A stretch of 63,970 bases of DNA, counting the filler, from Welwitschia mirabilis (Eukaryota): the NCBI GenBank assembly GCA_051453625.1. It is 5 parts of one record of this genome, joined end to end, with 100 filler letters (N's around TTAATTAATTAA, not from the genome) between each part and the next. Parts side by side here need not be neighbours in the genome. Positions count along the whole stretch, not along the records: positions 43,442 to 57,325 come from JBOZIK010000001.1; positions 57,426 to 62,803 come from JBOZIK010000001.1; positions 62,904 to 63,970 come from JBOZIK010000001.1; 2 more parts are not named here. One strand, written 5' to 3'. Position numbers and translations under genes: made by a program. The notes below the pieces were generated by a model that ran no database searches, was not told the DNA's origin, and saw only the letters and a program-made list of their open reading frames with translations. Below, piece after piece: positions 51,521 to 63,970 of the stretch (the first letter of the stretch is position 1; every line of letters starts with the position of its first letter).

Positions 51521-51898
51521 GTTTATTTAAAATTTGAAATTTGGATCTACTTTAACTTTTACATAAACTATAGTCTTGAATATAGGAGGAGGAAGGTTAG
51601 TCAAAATTTATATGTACCATGTAAAAATGCACTAAATACTTAAAGACAAACTTGATTTAAAGGAAAATATAAATTTAACTAATTATAACCATCTATTTAT
51701 AATGTTAGGACTTTAATATCAGAACTTTAATTTTGTATTAGCCTACTTTAATATTGATCAAGAACATTATAAAAATTCTAAATTAAAAAGAATAAATAGT
51801 TAGATTTATTTAAATATACTATGGAAACACTTGATCTTTAGGAATTAACTTTTGTTTTAGGTATTATATCTTATCCTGATGTATTGTCTAATTGTAAA

Positions 51899-54800
51899 TA
51901 TTACAATTTTGGTATTAGAGCATTAATGAATTTGAAGTTTTTGGATTAGAAAAATATAAGAATTACATTTTAATATTAGAGCATAGGTTGAAAAATTTAT
52001 TGGGCATAAATATTCTTAAGTTTATGAATTCACTGGGCATAATTATTGTTAGGTTTATATATTCATTAGGCATAATTACTTTTAAGCTTACAATTCCACT
52101 AGGCGTAACTATTATTAAAGCATAGATTACAATTCCACTAGACATAAATATTATTAAAGTTATAAGTTTCAACATGAAAATTTAGATTTGTGACATGTAT
52201 AGTTTGATTTTTACAAGCTTAACATGACTCAAAGTAGAGTAGTAAATTGACCAACCAAAGTTACAACACTAGCTAACAACTTAGTGGATGAGATTCATAA
52301 GCAAGTAATAATAGGAAAGATGGTAATTCTATCAAGAAAATGATAATGCAATTTAATCGTATGAATCCTTAAACTTTTGAAAGTATTAACAACATGGCAT
52401 ATATGGAAGCATGATTGATTTGCATGAAAAACACATTAGAATTATTTAATTTTACTACTCATTAACTTGTTAAAATAGCAACTTTACTAGTGGAATAAGC
52501 AATAAATAGAGTATTGTGAAGAGGTAAAATATTTTATTAATTTCTAGTTTCAAGGATAAAACCTCTTAATGGATGGAGAAATTCATGTCCCCAATTTTAA
52601 CAATCAAGGCTTAAGTTCAAAATGTCTTGATAAATAAGTTAAAAAAGAATATGAAATTCCATAAGGTTAACATTTTAGATGTTTTTCTTTATAGCTAATA
52701 GTCTGATAATTAATATTTTTTTGGCCTTATTCATTTAATTTCTCATTTTAGAAAATGCCAATGAGTTATGGATTTGAAATTATTATGAATGGGGATTCTT
52801 AACATATAAAGTTATTTTATTATTTTTAGTAAGTATCTTAAATTGTAACTGTTACTATGTGTATGAAATATTTTATTATTGATGTTAATTTATTATTTAT
52901 TATTTATTATTTTTATTTTATAATAAGAAAAATGTTATTTATCATACCTAATGGACTGGCAAGGTAATGGAATCCCCACCACTTCCACCACCTTCACCAT
53001 TTTCACCACACCGCTTCCACCATCTTCACCACCTTTGCCACTTCCACCACCTTCACAACTTTCATCACATCACTTTCACCACCTTTATCACTCTTTTCTA
53101 TGATGGTATCTCTTCTCAACCTTCATCGTCTATCGTAAATAAAAGCTTCATTCCCTTTTAGTTTACATCTCAAGAAAGCTTTTTCTATTAAAAGTTGGTG
53201 ACCTTACTCTTGAAGCTTGGAAACGCCTTAAAGCCTTGGAAGCTTTGATCTTTAGAAGCTTTTAAATTTTCATCTTGATTTTGGTATGGTTTTTGATGTT
53301 TGTTTTATTTTTTATATGGTTTATGGACTTTTATTTCTTATATGTTCTAATTAATTCTTGCATTATTTACATGTTTGATGGATCCCTCTTGCTATTTTGT
53401 AATTCTATTTTTTGCATGTATTATCTTTACCATGAATTTAATTCTATGCTTAAAAGTTACTAAGTGACCAAATTATGTGGCCATAGGGGCTAGACCACCT
53501 AAGGAGCTTCCATTGACCATGGGAGCAAGCTCTTAGAGTACTCAGCATGATGTTTATAACTCATCTAGTTATGCATGACATGATGTCTTATAGCTTCAAA
53601 GGGTTTATCCCATCTAAAGGATTTCTATTGGCCATAGGAATGAATCTCTAGATAAATGAGTATTTTTAACACCCTTCTAATAGAGCATAATATTCGCTGT
53701 ACATTCTTGGGTTAGTGAAACTTGAAAATGTGTATTTAGATTATTGTGTCTTGTATGATGTCTTGGTTATGTTTGATTTACTTGAGAATCCTATCTTATG
53801 TTTGGATACCCCCACTTACCTTAACCTTATCATGAGTTATGCTGGGAGCTGTGAAATTTTCATAGTTCTCACTCCATTTTTCTTGTGTAAAATTGGTATT
53901 CAAATTAGAGATCAAATGTCAAAGAGGGCATAGTAAAAATGGAAATTATCATCTAGTTATTTTGAAAAATTTATCTTAGAGTGAGAATTGTAGATCTATG
54001 TAATTTTAGTGATGTAATTATTATACCTTCCAAAACTGAATTTTTATTCTCGAGATAAATTATCTTATTTAAAATCTTTGTGTTTTTAATGTTGATTTTC
54101 TTTTAAAATTTCTATATTTAGAGTGTTGTATCTTTATTATAATTTGTTGATTTATAAGAATATCATCATCCAATAACTTTAACTTATTATTAAATTAATT
54201 ATTAGCATAATTATATGTAATGATGAAAAATTAAGAGGAAGTTATAATTAACTTGGAAAGGTTAAATTTCATGATATTATAGGATTAAATGAATTATATA
54301 TGAATCTCATAGCAAATATTAGATTAAATAATAGTGTCTTTACATATCAAATATTTTTCATAATGTTGATATTAGATATAATATCATTCTAATAATGTAT
54401 TTTTGTTTATTAACTTTTCACATGGTCTATCTAAGAATAGAAGATGAATTATTAAATTATTAGATTAAAATACTAAATTAAATGATAAGATACATGGAGC
54501 ACATGAGATTTAAAATCATAACCTCACCTTTCATGTCTCTCCCACTTATCATTATACTAATAAGCCCATGTTGTATAAGAAACCATTAAACATATATATG
54601 AGTATGTGACATTAGCCTATAAATAATTTATTTATTTAGAAGAATTTAGAACAAATTGGATTCAAACTGCCAACCTTCTCATTGAATTCACCTCTATTTA
54701 ACCATTATGCTAGCCAAAGCAGACATTAAATAAAATTAAATGTTATGAATTTACTATGCTACCACCATCTTATCGTGTAAAACATTACAAACTTAAGTAG

Positions 54801-56127
54801 TGTGATGTGCAATGTTAATTGTCTTACCCTTTTCCATTTTTGACACTCGTGTAATTTCATGTCTTTTCATCTTCTTTTTCTTTTCAAACTATTCATGTCC
54901 ATCTCACTTAATAATAATTAAATAAATGCTTCAATATTTATCTAAAGCAAATGGAATTTTTAAGAAAGGAATAAATCAAATGATGCATAGGTCCAAGTCT
55001 TGGCAAATTTGAGTATTCACTTTAGATGAGTATTGGCAAATAGCTTATCCTCCATTCTAGTGTTTTCCTTTCTCCTGTGGATCAGTGAGTCATCCCTTCT
55101 CAAGAAATATTATGTTTGCAATGTCTGATATGCATGTTATTTAAAGCAATCTCTAGCATTAGAATTCTAGCAGTTTGCTTCTTCTTCTTCCTCCAGCCTA
55201 TAATTCAATGTAATCCCTTTCTTATTCAATAAAAATACCACTTTAAATATAATAAAAGAAAGATAAAAGTTAAGTATAATAAAATTCCAATTGGATAAAC
55301 ACATTACTTGGATGTTTAAAAGTACATCTTAGACATACACATACCACCTTACTACATTAAGAGACCAGTGTGTTATCTAAGCCAGTGCATATTGGTGAAA
55401 TTTTCTAAAATGCCTATTCAACTAGATACTAAATGATTAAGATCATGATTTCACAAAGGCCATGGTAATGATTGGAGTATGCTTTATTTGGGATAGCAAA
55501 GATAGGGTATCAATTATCACATACTTCAAATTTTTAGGAGTGTAAGGTATCATATAGATGACAACAGTACATGATCTAATGGCTTGCTTAGTTTCTTTAT
55601 TCATTCATATTTTCTTTTATTAAAGTTAATATTTAGATGACTAAGGGATTTTTATAGTAAATGGCTTAAGGTTGATGTAGTAGCTAAGTTATATACACTT
55701 TAATAGCGAGGTTGAGGATTCAACTCCAAATAGAAGAAAAATTTAAATTTTTTGAATAGCGTTAATGAAGAATATATTTTATGATTTATTCAAGCATAGT
55801 TTTACCCTGTAAATAAAAACATAAATGATTGATTCTCATAGAGGATTATTATTTTTATCATCACCTAAAAATCTTATTCCAATATATCTAGTAATTACTA
55901 TATATTTTGACATTAGAAGCGCTATCGTATAACTTTGGCATAAATAAGATAACTTTAGATATTATATCTTTCCATAATAACTATATTTATTATGTGGACT
56001 ATTAAAGTGGTGAATATTGCATCAACACAATATTCAAGTCTTACATTCTAGAAACTTTGGTATTACATTTTAATATTGAAGTGTCAATGTGTAGAATTTT
56101 TTGATATTAGAAAAAGAGGATGTTACA
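51899..56127 (+). mobile_element. Minimal non-autonomous Tekay-like element: LTR end, PBS, 33-bp repeats, ~300-bp gag stub, PPT, ~3.5-kb LTR
   Basis: ttacattttaatattagagc (~51963-51981); gag stub FNRMNP*TFESINNMAYMEA*LICMKNTLELFNF; PPT tttcaaggataaaacctcttaatggatggagaaa; LTR from ~52582 (matches 49299 and 58976) to ggatgttaca at 56127. Confidence 0.8.
52975..53092 (+). repeat. Low-complexity (CACCACCTT)-like repeat inside the LTR
   Basis: About 12 degenerate 9-10-bp units. Confidence 0.85.
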
Positions 56128-57325
56128 CTAATGTCCATGTATGTGACATAATAATAAAGATATGTATCTCTAAAATATATTTGTACAAATTTTGAAAGAT
56201 AGTTTTCATGTCTAGAAATGACTAGAAGTTCACATGACTTAAGTGACATAAGAAACCTTCTTACTTTTCCAAAACATGCATGTAGGATTAATGACTTAGC
56301 TTCATACTTGTACAAGACTTGATTAATAAGTAGTTATAATTTTTTAAAGATCTCAAAACCTACTAAAATGTATAGCATAATTTCTCTTGCCCAAGTTTAA
56401 TATTTAACAATTTTATTTATGCAATGAAAATTTAGCTTAGAAGAGAATGGAAAACTAGTTTCGTTGTTAAAGTAGAAGACTACTCCTAAAAATCAACCAT
56501 TTCTGTTGAATGTACCATTAAAGAATATTAATGCATCTTAATTTATTTGATAGGTAATTATCTAGATTTAATAGAGATTTCACCTTTATTTATAACTATG
56601 ATGTCTACCATTTTTTTTTGCTATACACTTCCCTTTGACTAATTTTTTTGATTGAAAATTTAAGTCAAACTTGGTAAGGATCAATGCCCATTTGGTTAGT
56701 TATGTATTGCTAGTAGAGTATTCGAGTAGATGTTTGAGTAGGCTTTAGATGTTAATCATAATTATTTTATTTGCCATCACACATTGATAAACTTTTTATG
56801 AAGTAAATACTAAACTCAAACATGTCTTTTCTACATTGGTGTAATTTCTCCTACACTAGTGAAGTGTCCTATGAATGTATTAGATTAGATTATCTCAATG
56901 GAGTTTTTCTCTTTGAAATATAATCATGCTAATGTATGATAGGGTATATGTAAGATAAATATAAAACAACCAATTTAGCCTAAGAATACTTAGAACAAGA
57001 GTAGATTTTAAATACTCTTTGATCTTATTAAAGCAATTATGGTAATCTTCATCCCATTTAAACTCACTATCTTTTTAGAGTAAGTGAATGAAAGGCTTAC
57101 ATTAATCTATTAAGGTTGAGATGAATTAGTATACTACCTATATTATATCTTATAGGCTCCATAGTTCCTTTAGATTCTAGGGGGCTAATATATTAGTAAT
57201 TTCCTTAATCTTATCTGCATGAACTTTTATGCCTTTTTCTAATATCATAAACACTAAGAGTTTCCATAAAAGCACACCAAAAATACATTTATTTAGATTA
57301 ATTCTTGGGAGAAGGGTTGGTTTAT

Positions 57326-57425
57326 NNNNNNNNNNNNNNNNNNNNNNNNNNNNNNNNNNNNNNNNNNNNTTAATTAATTAANNNNNNNNNNNNNNNNNNN
57401 NNNNNNNNNNNNNNNNNNNNNNNNN
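57326..57425. other. Artificial scaffold-joining spacer
   Basis: N44 + TTAATTAATTAA (57370-57381) + N44. Confidence 0.97.
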
Positions 57426-58975
57426 TAAATATATTACAATAGGTAGTTTTTGCACTTATCTTTTATGGAGAAAAGAAATGATAAAGAATTATGGTATTAA
57501 TTTTAAACAAGTCCGTATATTCTATGACAATACTAGTGCTATCAACATATTAAAAGATCCTATTTATCACTTAAGAATTAAGCATATTAAGGTAAGACAT
57601 TATTTTCTATGAGACCAATTCAAAAAAGAATAGATCTCTATGAATTTTATAAATATAGACCAACAATTGATAGATATTTTTACTAAACCCCTTATATTGT
57701 AATAATTTTCTTCATCTTATAAATAAACTAATGGTTATTTCATCGTCCTATGGTTGATTGTAGGGTGATTAATAGGATCCTCGATTTGATTGACTAGATG
57801 TAATCAATTAATCAAACTAAAGATTTGGTTACTTGAATCCTTTTAGTTCTTTAGGTATTTTAGCAAATGCTAATAATGCAAAACAGAAGTTTTTCATTTG
57901 TAGTCTTTTCTTTCATCCTTTTATTCTTTTTATATATTTATGTTTTACTTATAAAAATTTTATTCTCTCCTCTATCCTTAATATCAAAAGGGGGAGAATT
58001 GATTTTTGCTATAGTATGCTCTTGATGAGTACTTTTATTTTATAATGTTTGCATATGTTTAATAGAATCCACTTGCACTTCATTCTTATGCTCTAAAGAG
58101 TCTTTAATTGATATATTAGATATTTTTGTGCTTATGCAAATCATATGTACTTAACTTAAAATTTTAAAGACTCAAATAGTTATTTCATAAATTTAAATAT
58201 TGATGTCCAATTTTGGAAATGAATTTTAAAATGTGACAACTAATCAAATTGTTAAATTGTTTATATGATCACATTATGCTTTTTCTAAAATATGTGCTTT
58301 TAAAACTTTAATTATGCATATTAAATTTATTTTATATTAAGTACAAAATTTGATTATTTAAAATGTGTTAACTTGATTTCAAAAGATGTAATATTTTGTA
58401 ATAGAAATTTTGTAAGTGGGAGCTTTTCTAAGTCCTAAATATTTTCACAACTAAGTATTATTTGCCATTAATGTAAAAGGGGGAGATTATTAGATTATGT
58501 TTTACCAATTGATGTCATACTAATGTATTCTGTATAGCAAATTTTTTGTATCTTCTATCACTTATAGGTCTAATATGAAATCAAAACCATCAATTTCTAA
58601 GAACTAAAAACTTGTCAAGTTCATTTACTCTTTTGAGGAATCAATTGGATTTTTAAGGGGTTGATTGCACCTGAAGCAGATACCTAGGAAATGAACAAAA
58701 TTTAGAGGGATCAACTAGATTTTCGATGGGGTTGATAAAACCAATAACCTTGAGAATCAGTATCCCTAAACCAAATGGCAAAGGATCAATTAGATATTTA
58801 TGGTTTTAACTAGATTTGAGGACCTGATAAATAGTATCCCTGAACTAAATGAAAAGGGGTCAACTATACCTATTATGTGGTTAACTAGATTTGTTAACCA
58901 AGGAATAGTACTTCTAAACTAATTGCTAAGGGGTCAACCAAACCTATATTGGAGTCAACTTAACCTACGCACTAC
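57426..58975 (+). mobile_element. SIRE-like copia RNase H end, multiple PPTs and start of 3' LTR
   Basis: YDNTSAINILKDPIYHLRIKHIKVRHYFL...DQQLIDIFTKP (same family as 10680-11000); PPT-like aaaagggggaga at ~57986 and 58475 plus aagtgggag at ~58414; LTR from 58488 with tandem ggatcaactag/gggtcaac motifs at 58640-58960. Confidence 0.88.
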
Positions 58976-60750
58976 TGTCACATCCCAAATTTCAAATAAT
59001 TAAGACTTAAGTTTAAAATATTTTAAGGCTAAAAATTCATGCTAAATCTTGAATTTTTTGTTTTATTTTTAAAAGTTTCATGAATATTATTTTATGCCTT
59101 GACTTATGCATTTAATTACTTATTTTAAAAAATGTCAAATTATTTCAAATAAAAATGCGTAATTTGTAGAGTTTTTTTAAATTTATTATTGAAACTACTA
59201 TCATGTTATAGAATGTTTTAATTACTATTAATGTTTTATTACTATTAATTATGTAAGCTTAATTTTTATTTATTATTTTCCTAGTGGCCTGACAAAGTAA
59301 CAGAAATACCCATTGTATAACCACCCTCATTAATAATGAGGTTTTATATTTACATGCATAGAATCTTCACTAACTGTTGCCACTTCAACTAACCCCCTTC
59401 ATGATGTTTTGTCTTCAAATGCATGGAATATTTACCAACTTTCATTTTGTCCTCATATTCTTATGACTCTTCACATTTTACCAAACCTTAATTATAAATA
59501 GGACCTTCCTCCTCTTTTTCTCTCACTTTCATTTTTGAATAACCTTTTGATACCAAGTTTTGGATCTTAAAAAAGTCCTGAAGACTTGCAACCTTTACAA
59601 GATTTTGAGTTCTTTTTAAAAATCAGTATGGTTCTACAGTTTCATTAATCTCTTGTTTGGTTCATGCAATTACATTTGATTCTTGTATGTTCTAATTAAA
59701 TCCTACATCCTTCATGTCTTTAAAGTAAATCTTTTCTTATGCATATCTTCGCTATGATTTATATTCAATGTTTAAAGCTTATTGTGACCAAATCATATGG
59801 CTTAAAGGGCTAGGCCACTTAAAGGGCTCCTACTAGTCATAGGAATGGCTGTCAGTGATTGGGTGGTTATCTGTCTAGCTGTTGCATGATACATGTGGCT
59901 TCAAGGGGTTATCCCACTTGAAGGATTCTTATTGGCCATAGGAATGATCTAGTAGACAATGGATAACTGAAACCCCTCTGATGGGGCATACTATTCCTTA
60001 AACTTTCATGAGATTTAGATATTTTACCTTATTTTTTATGTTGATTTCAGGTTTCATTTAATTGATATTTTATGAATCCCTTCTTGTTCTCAAAACCCTT
60101 ATCTTAAACCTTGCCATGGACCATACTGGGAACTGTGAAGGTACAATTCTCATGCCATGCTTTGCATGTGTAGGACCGAGCATGAGGACAACCTTAGAAT
60201 GAACCAGTGGCTACTATTGGATGGAGAATTATTTTCATACTTGTTGTTTAAATTCAAGTATTTAGTAAAGGACCTTAGATGATCTAATTGTAATATGAAT
60301 GTGGTTAATGTATTCGAGTTTATTATAAGAAGTGTTATGAATATGTGAACAATGTATTTCCCTTTTATTTTAAGGATTACAAGTGCTTCTCCTTCAATAT
60401 AAGATTTTAATTATGTTGTGTTGTATATTAATGCTTAGATTGTTTATTTTAAACAAACATATAACCATGTTCATATCTTATTTATTTAGAGAAATGATTC
60501 TTATGATTAACTTATATGGAAAATAAGGAGTTTAAAATTTGTAAGATTCTATTTAAGATTATTTATTGAATATATCCAAAAATACCTAGATAAAACCCTA
60601 AAGAAAATTTTAAAGGGCTTTAATTTTCATAAGAATAGATGGCTTAGGACTATATTAGAAACTTTGGATAAATGATAAATATAATAAAAATTTTATTAGA
60701 AAAAACTAGGTTTTTTTCCATTGAACATCTAATGCTAGGGGTTATGGTCA
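58976..60750 (+). mobile_element. Tekay-like LTR inserted into the SIRE LTR
   Basis: Start tgtcacatcccaaatttc...ttaagtttaaaat matches 49299 and 52582; 59775-60000 aligns with 53455-53700; 3' end uncertain. Confidence 0.8.
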
Positions 60751-61325
60751 CTTACTATAAGAAAATATTAATGAAATAAGCCAAGGTTAATACTATAATA
60801 AGTCCTTATAAATTATTTGTAGGTAACTGTTATTCAAAGAGGTGTTAATGAGAGGGTCCACATAAATTGTGTTGTGTCTTAAGCCATATTTAATAAGAAA
60901 TAATGCTTTCATTTTAATTAATGCACTATCATAAAAATTTTCTGCCTTGGATGAACTGTTACCTTCTTCTTTGTCATTACTCAACCCTACTGTTACATCA
61001 TTCATGTAGTTGAAACCGGAAGGCCAAATCATCAAATGCATGTATCTCATGGTTACCGTTACATCGATGAGTAAGTGTTGAGTTAAATGGTTGCTTTCCA
61101 TTAATTATTCTAGGCATTAGGCTATTCAACGTCGAGCTTGCGCGTTAGTGAAACCTCCAAAGGAATGCACTGTAGCAACGCTTACAGGTGAGGGGTCAAG
61201 TTCTGGTGCATATTTAAGCTAAGGACCTGACTAGTGGGCTGGTAGAAATGCGATTGCATTTAAAGGGATGACGCCATGAGGTTAAGCATTAAATTCTAAT
61301 GTCCTTACCCTTTTATAGTTCTTAC

Positions 61326-61330
<5 letters not shown>

Positions 61331-61367
<37 letters not shown>
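61331..61367. repeat. (TA)n microsatellite
   Basis: Perfect TA run. Confidence 0.97.
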
Positions 61368-61370
<3 letters not shown>

Positions 61371-62758
61371 CAATTTCAACTATTGTAGAAGAACAGGAGA
61401 GATGTCCCAGTTATTTAACTATTGAAAAAATGTTTAATGCAATTCAATGTCCTGTTGAAGGTGTTAGTGCGTTACTTAGAAGGGGCCTTTGGTTAATGAA
61501 ATTAAACATTAATTAAGTGCTTGTAACCTCTGAAATGTTCCTATTTCAATTGCATCCCCTCCATGCTCCATCATTCATTATCGTTTCTAGAAATACTATT
61601 TAAAGATTGAATGGCTTTTCATCCTATTCATCTCGATTTGCACATAGGAATCTTTGGATTAAGTAGTGTAGTGTTAAAAGTTATGTTTCGCTATTCGTTC
61701 ACTTGCTTAAGTCTGGTTTGATTTCTTACTTCTTTGATATGTAGTGTTATTCCTTTCTTGAATTATTTGAGGTTAAGATCCAAAGGCATCTTTATTCAAC
61801 TTGATTTTATTTTTCTTTCTATCACAGATGTTAGCTCTCTTTATAAAGTTTGAGTTTTTGCACACTTAGATACTTGTGTTCCTCTATGTATCCAATTACA
61901 CTTCACAGTTAGTGAATCGCCCCCTTTCTTTCCCACATCTACTAATTCACTGTTGTATCACTTCCAAAAGTGTGACATCCAAGGAGAACATTTTAACCCT
62001 TAGTAGGGTGCAACATCAACTTGAAAGTCTTTTTCTGAGATTTCTTAGAGATAATAGTTATAGGATTAAGGGACAAAGCTCATGTTAAAGGCCTCAAATC
62101 TTATGCATTAATCCATTAAATTTCTCATAAATTAGATGTGTTTCTTTATAAATTATAAAATCATCAATAACTACAACCGAATTTGGAACAATTCCTGTAA
62201 ATCAATCCCAAATAAAATGTCTTCGAATTTCAGGTGATCTTTGATTCTTTCCATCTGAACTTTGATCATCTTCAATTTGAAATGCATTTAGTTTCCTCCT
62301 TCTTATGCTATTTGTTCTTCCCATTTCCCTACTTCTCATTGCATTATCTATCCATCAAGCCTTTTGTGCTTATGCCCCTTCTATTGTGCCTTCATGTTAA
62401 TACTCCTCCATCACAAGTATATCACATTTTCCTGCATCTTCCATGCATCGGCTTAGCCTTGATGCTTTATCTCTAGCTATTTCGCTTGTCTATGAGCATT
62501 TTTCCTTCTCATTTCAACATTTGTATGATCTCTACTCTACACTATCAAGAATCATTCTAAGTGACTCTTACATGAGTTATTTTGGGCATTATTATGGTTT
62601 TCCATTTAAATAATATTATTAAAACATCCTTTATATCTTGATGACTAAGCCTTGATAGCTTATAAAAATGAAACTTTTTTTAGCTTATAAATGTTAAGTC
62701 CCATTTTCATAGGATCCTTAATAGGTTGAAAATTTTAGATCTCAAATTATTTAATTTT

Positions 62759-62765
<7 letters not shown>

Positions 62766-62800
<35 letters not shown>
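62766..62800. repeat. (CA)n microsatellite at a scaffold end
   Basis: Near-perfect AC run before the gap. Confidence 0.97.
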
Positions 62801-62803
62801 AAC

Positions 62804-62903
62804 NNNNNNNNNNNNNNNNNNNNNNNNNNNNNNNNNNNNNNNNNNNNTTAATTAATTAANNNNNNNNNNNNNNNNNNNNNNNNNNNNNNNNNNNNNNNNN
62901 NNN
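62804..62903. other. Artificial scaffold-joining spacer
   Basis: N44 + TTAATTAATTAA (62848-62859) + N44. Confidence 0.97.
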
Positions 62904-63970
62904 TTCGATCATCATAAATCATTATTGAAAACCCTCCTTAATTTTCACATGATTAGACTTACCTATCTATCACAGGAGGAGCTATTTCACAGAATTTTTA
63001 ATCTATCTTTTCTAGAATTTTTATCTGTTTTCTGTCACAGGTTCCAGAATTGAAAATCTTTTAAGGAGCCTGTCATCCCCAGTATCGTCTGGACGACAGA
63101 CAGGACGACAGCACATATCTAATACTTCAAATGAATCTTATTCAGTTTTTAAATTTTTCAGAAATTTAGATTCAGCATTACAGTTTTGTTAGATGTTTCC
63201 TTTATCTATCTTAGTTTTTATTGTGAAAAAGTTAGCTTGCAAACACGGTTTACCGCCTGGTTTTGTCAGGAACCGACAAGGCTAACTGGGGGACTATGTT
63301 GCGACGCCAACTTAAGTGTATTTGATAGGATATTTTGAGTTGTTTTGAAGATAAACTAATAGATAAATGCTCAGTTTCCATGACAATTGACAATCAAGGA
63401 GCACAAGCCGAAAACATGCAATTTATCATATAATTCATGATGATTTCCTATAGTTTTAGATGAATTGTATTTTCGGATGGTTAATTCAGCAAACAACCAG
63501 ATATCAGGCTGACAAAGGACCAGTAGAAGACTATCGTCCCCTATATCGTCCAGACGACAGTAAGGACGACAACCTTCTTCGATAGATCACAGACTTAATT
63601 TCAGATAGCTTGCAGTTGAAGTGAACTTCTAATCATTAGACTCCATCGTCCACATCATCATCCAGACGACACTAGTGGACGACATCTCCAGAATCAATCG
63701 ACATCAGTTTGCATAAAGATCACAGAGAGTTAAATAGCAAGCAAACTAAGTTATCTTATTATAAATCCCTATTGTCCCCTACATCGTCCGGACAACCACC
63801 AGGATGACACTCCCCTCTGAAACTTTCACTGATTGTATTCCCGAGTTGTCGCCTGTTTATTGCGACTTTCCCTTTCTTCATAGTTAGAGTTTATCTTATG
63901 CTTTTCTATTAGTCCCTTTCCCCTTTTCAGCTATAAATAAAGGTCTCCCCCTCGATCCCTAATCATCTTC
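62904..63970 (+). mobile_element. Younger Tat/Retand-like gypsy 3' UTR, PPT and 3' LTR (runs off the window)
   Basis: aactgggggacta immediately before TGTTGCG at 63297 (Tat-type PPT/LTR junction); CpGs retained; repeated atcgtccagacgac motifs; TATA-like ctataaataaa at ~63932. Confidence 0.75.

Noticed and set aside
51963-52175. Minus-strand ORF with an 11-aa periodicity
   Set aside because: By-product of the 33-bp leader tandem repeat on the opposite strand of the retroelement.
52967-53161. Pro/His-rich 64-aa ORF
   Set aside because: Translation of a low-complexity CACCACCTT repeat inside an LTR.
60793-61101. 102-aa minus-strand ORF as a gene
   Set aside because: No recognisable family or splice context; the region is reported only as a CpG-retaining island.
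61153-61410. Partial resemblance to miR393 (tccaaaggaatgcactg) and miR3627/4376 (caggagagatg)
   Set aside because: Several mismatches and no convincing complementary star arm.
61930-62005. USE-like tcccacatct followed by ttttaaccct (snRNA or telomerase RNA gene idea)
   Set aside because: USE is imperfect, no TATA box at the expected spacing, no full CTAAACCCT template or recognisable snRNA body.
62050-62520. Possible minus-strand LINE endonuclease start (ETKC...MERIKDHLKF)
   Set aside because: Too degenerate to call without a profile search.

Overview
Eukaryotic (flowering-plant) nuclear DNA, very AT-rich and strongly CpG/CHG-depleted, typical of old heterochromatic or pericentromeric sequence. 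I see no intact protein-coding gene, RNA gene or CRISPR array. The window is five draft scaffolds joined by artificial N44-TTAATTAATTAA-N44 linkers, with many internal gaps flanked by false (allelic) duplications. Content is nested, decayed transposons: Ty3/gypsy Tekay/Del-like (one gag-PR-RT remnant plus several non-autonomous gag-only derivatives), Athila-like and Tat-like pieces, Ty1/copia (SIRE-like, Tork-like and one complete two-LTR element), L1-like LINE fragments, CACTA ends and microsatellites. Three host-gene relics sit within about 10.5 kb: an apparently processed PRH/HAT3.1-type PHD-finger pseudogene, an apparently processed PP1 phosphatase pseudogene and, most notably, an acidic ANP32-related-like gene segment that replaces integrase and RT inside a complete 3.1-kb copia element (candidate LTR-mediated gene capture). 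All family assignments come from motif recognition by eye with no database search, and many boundaries are approximate.
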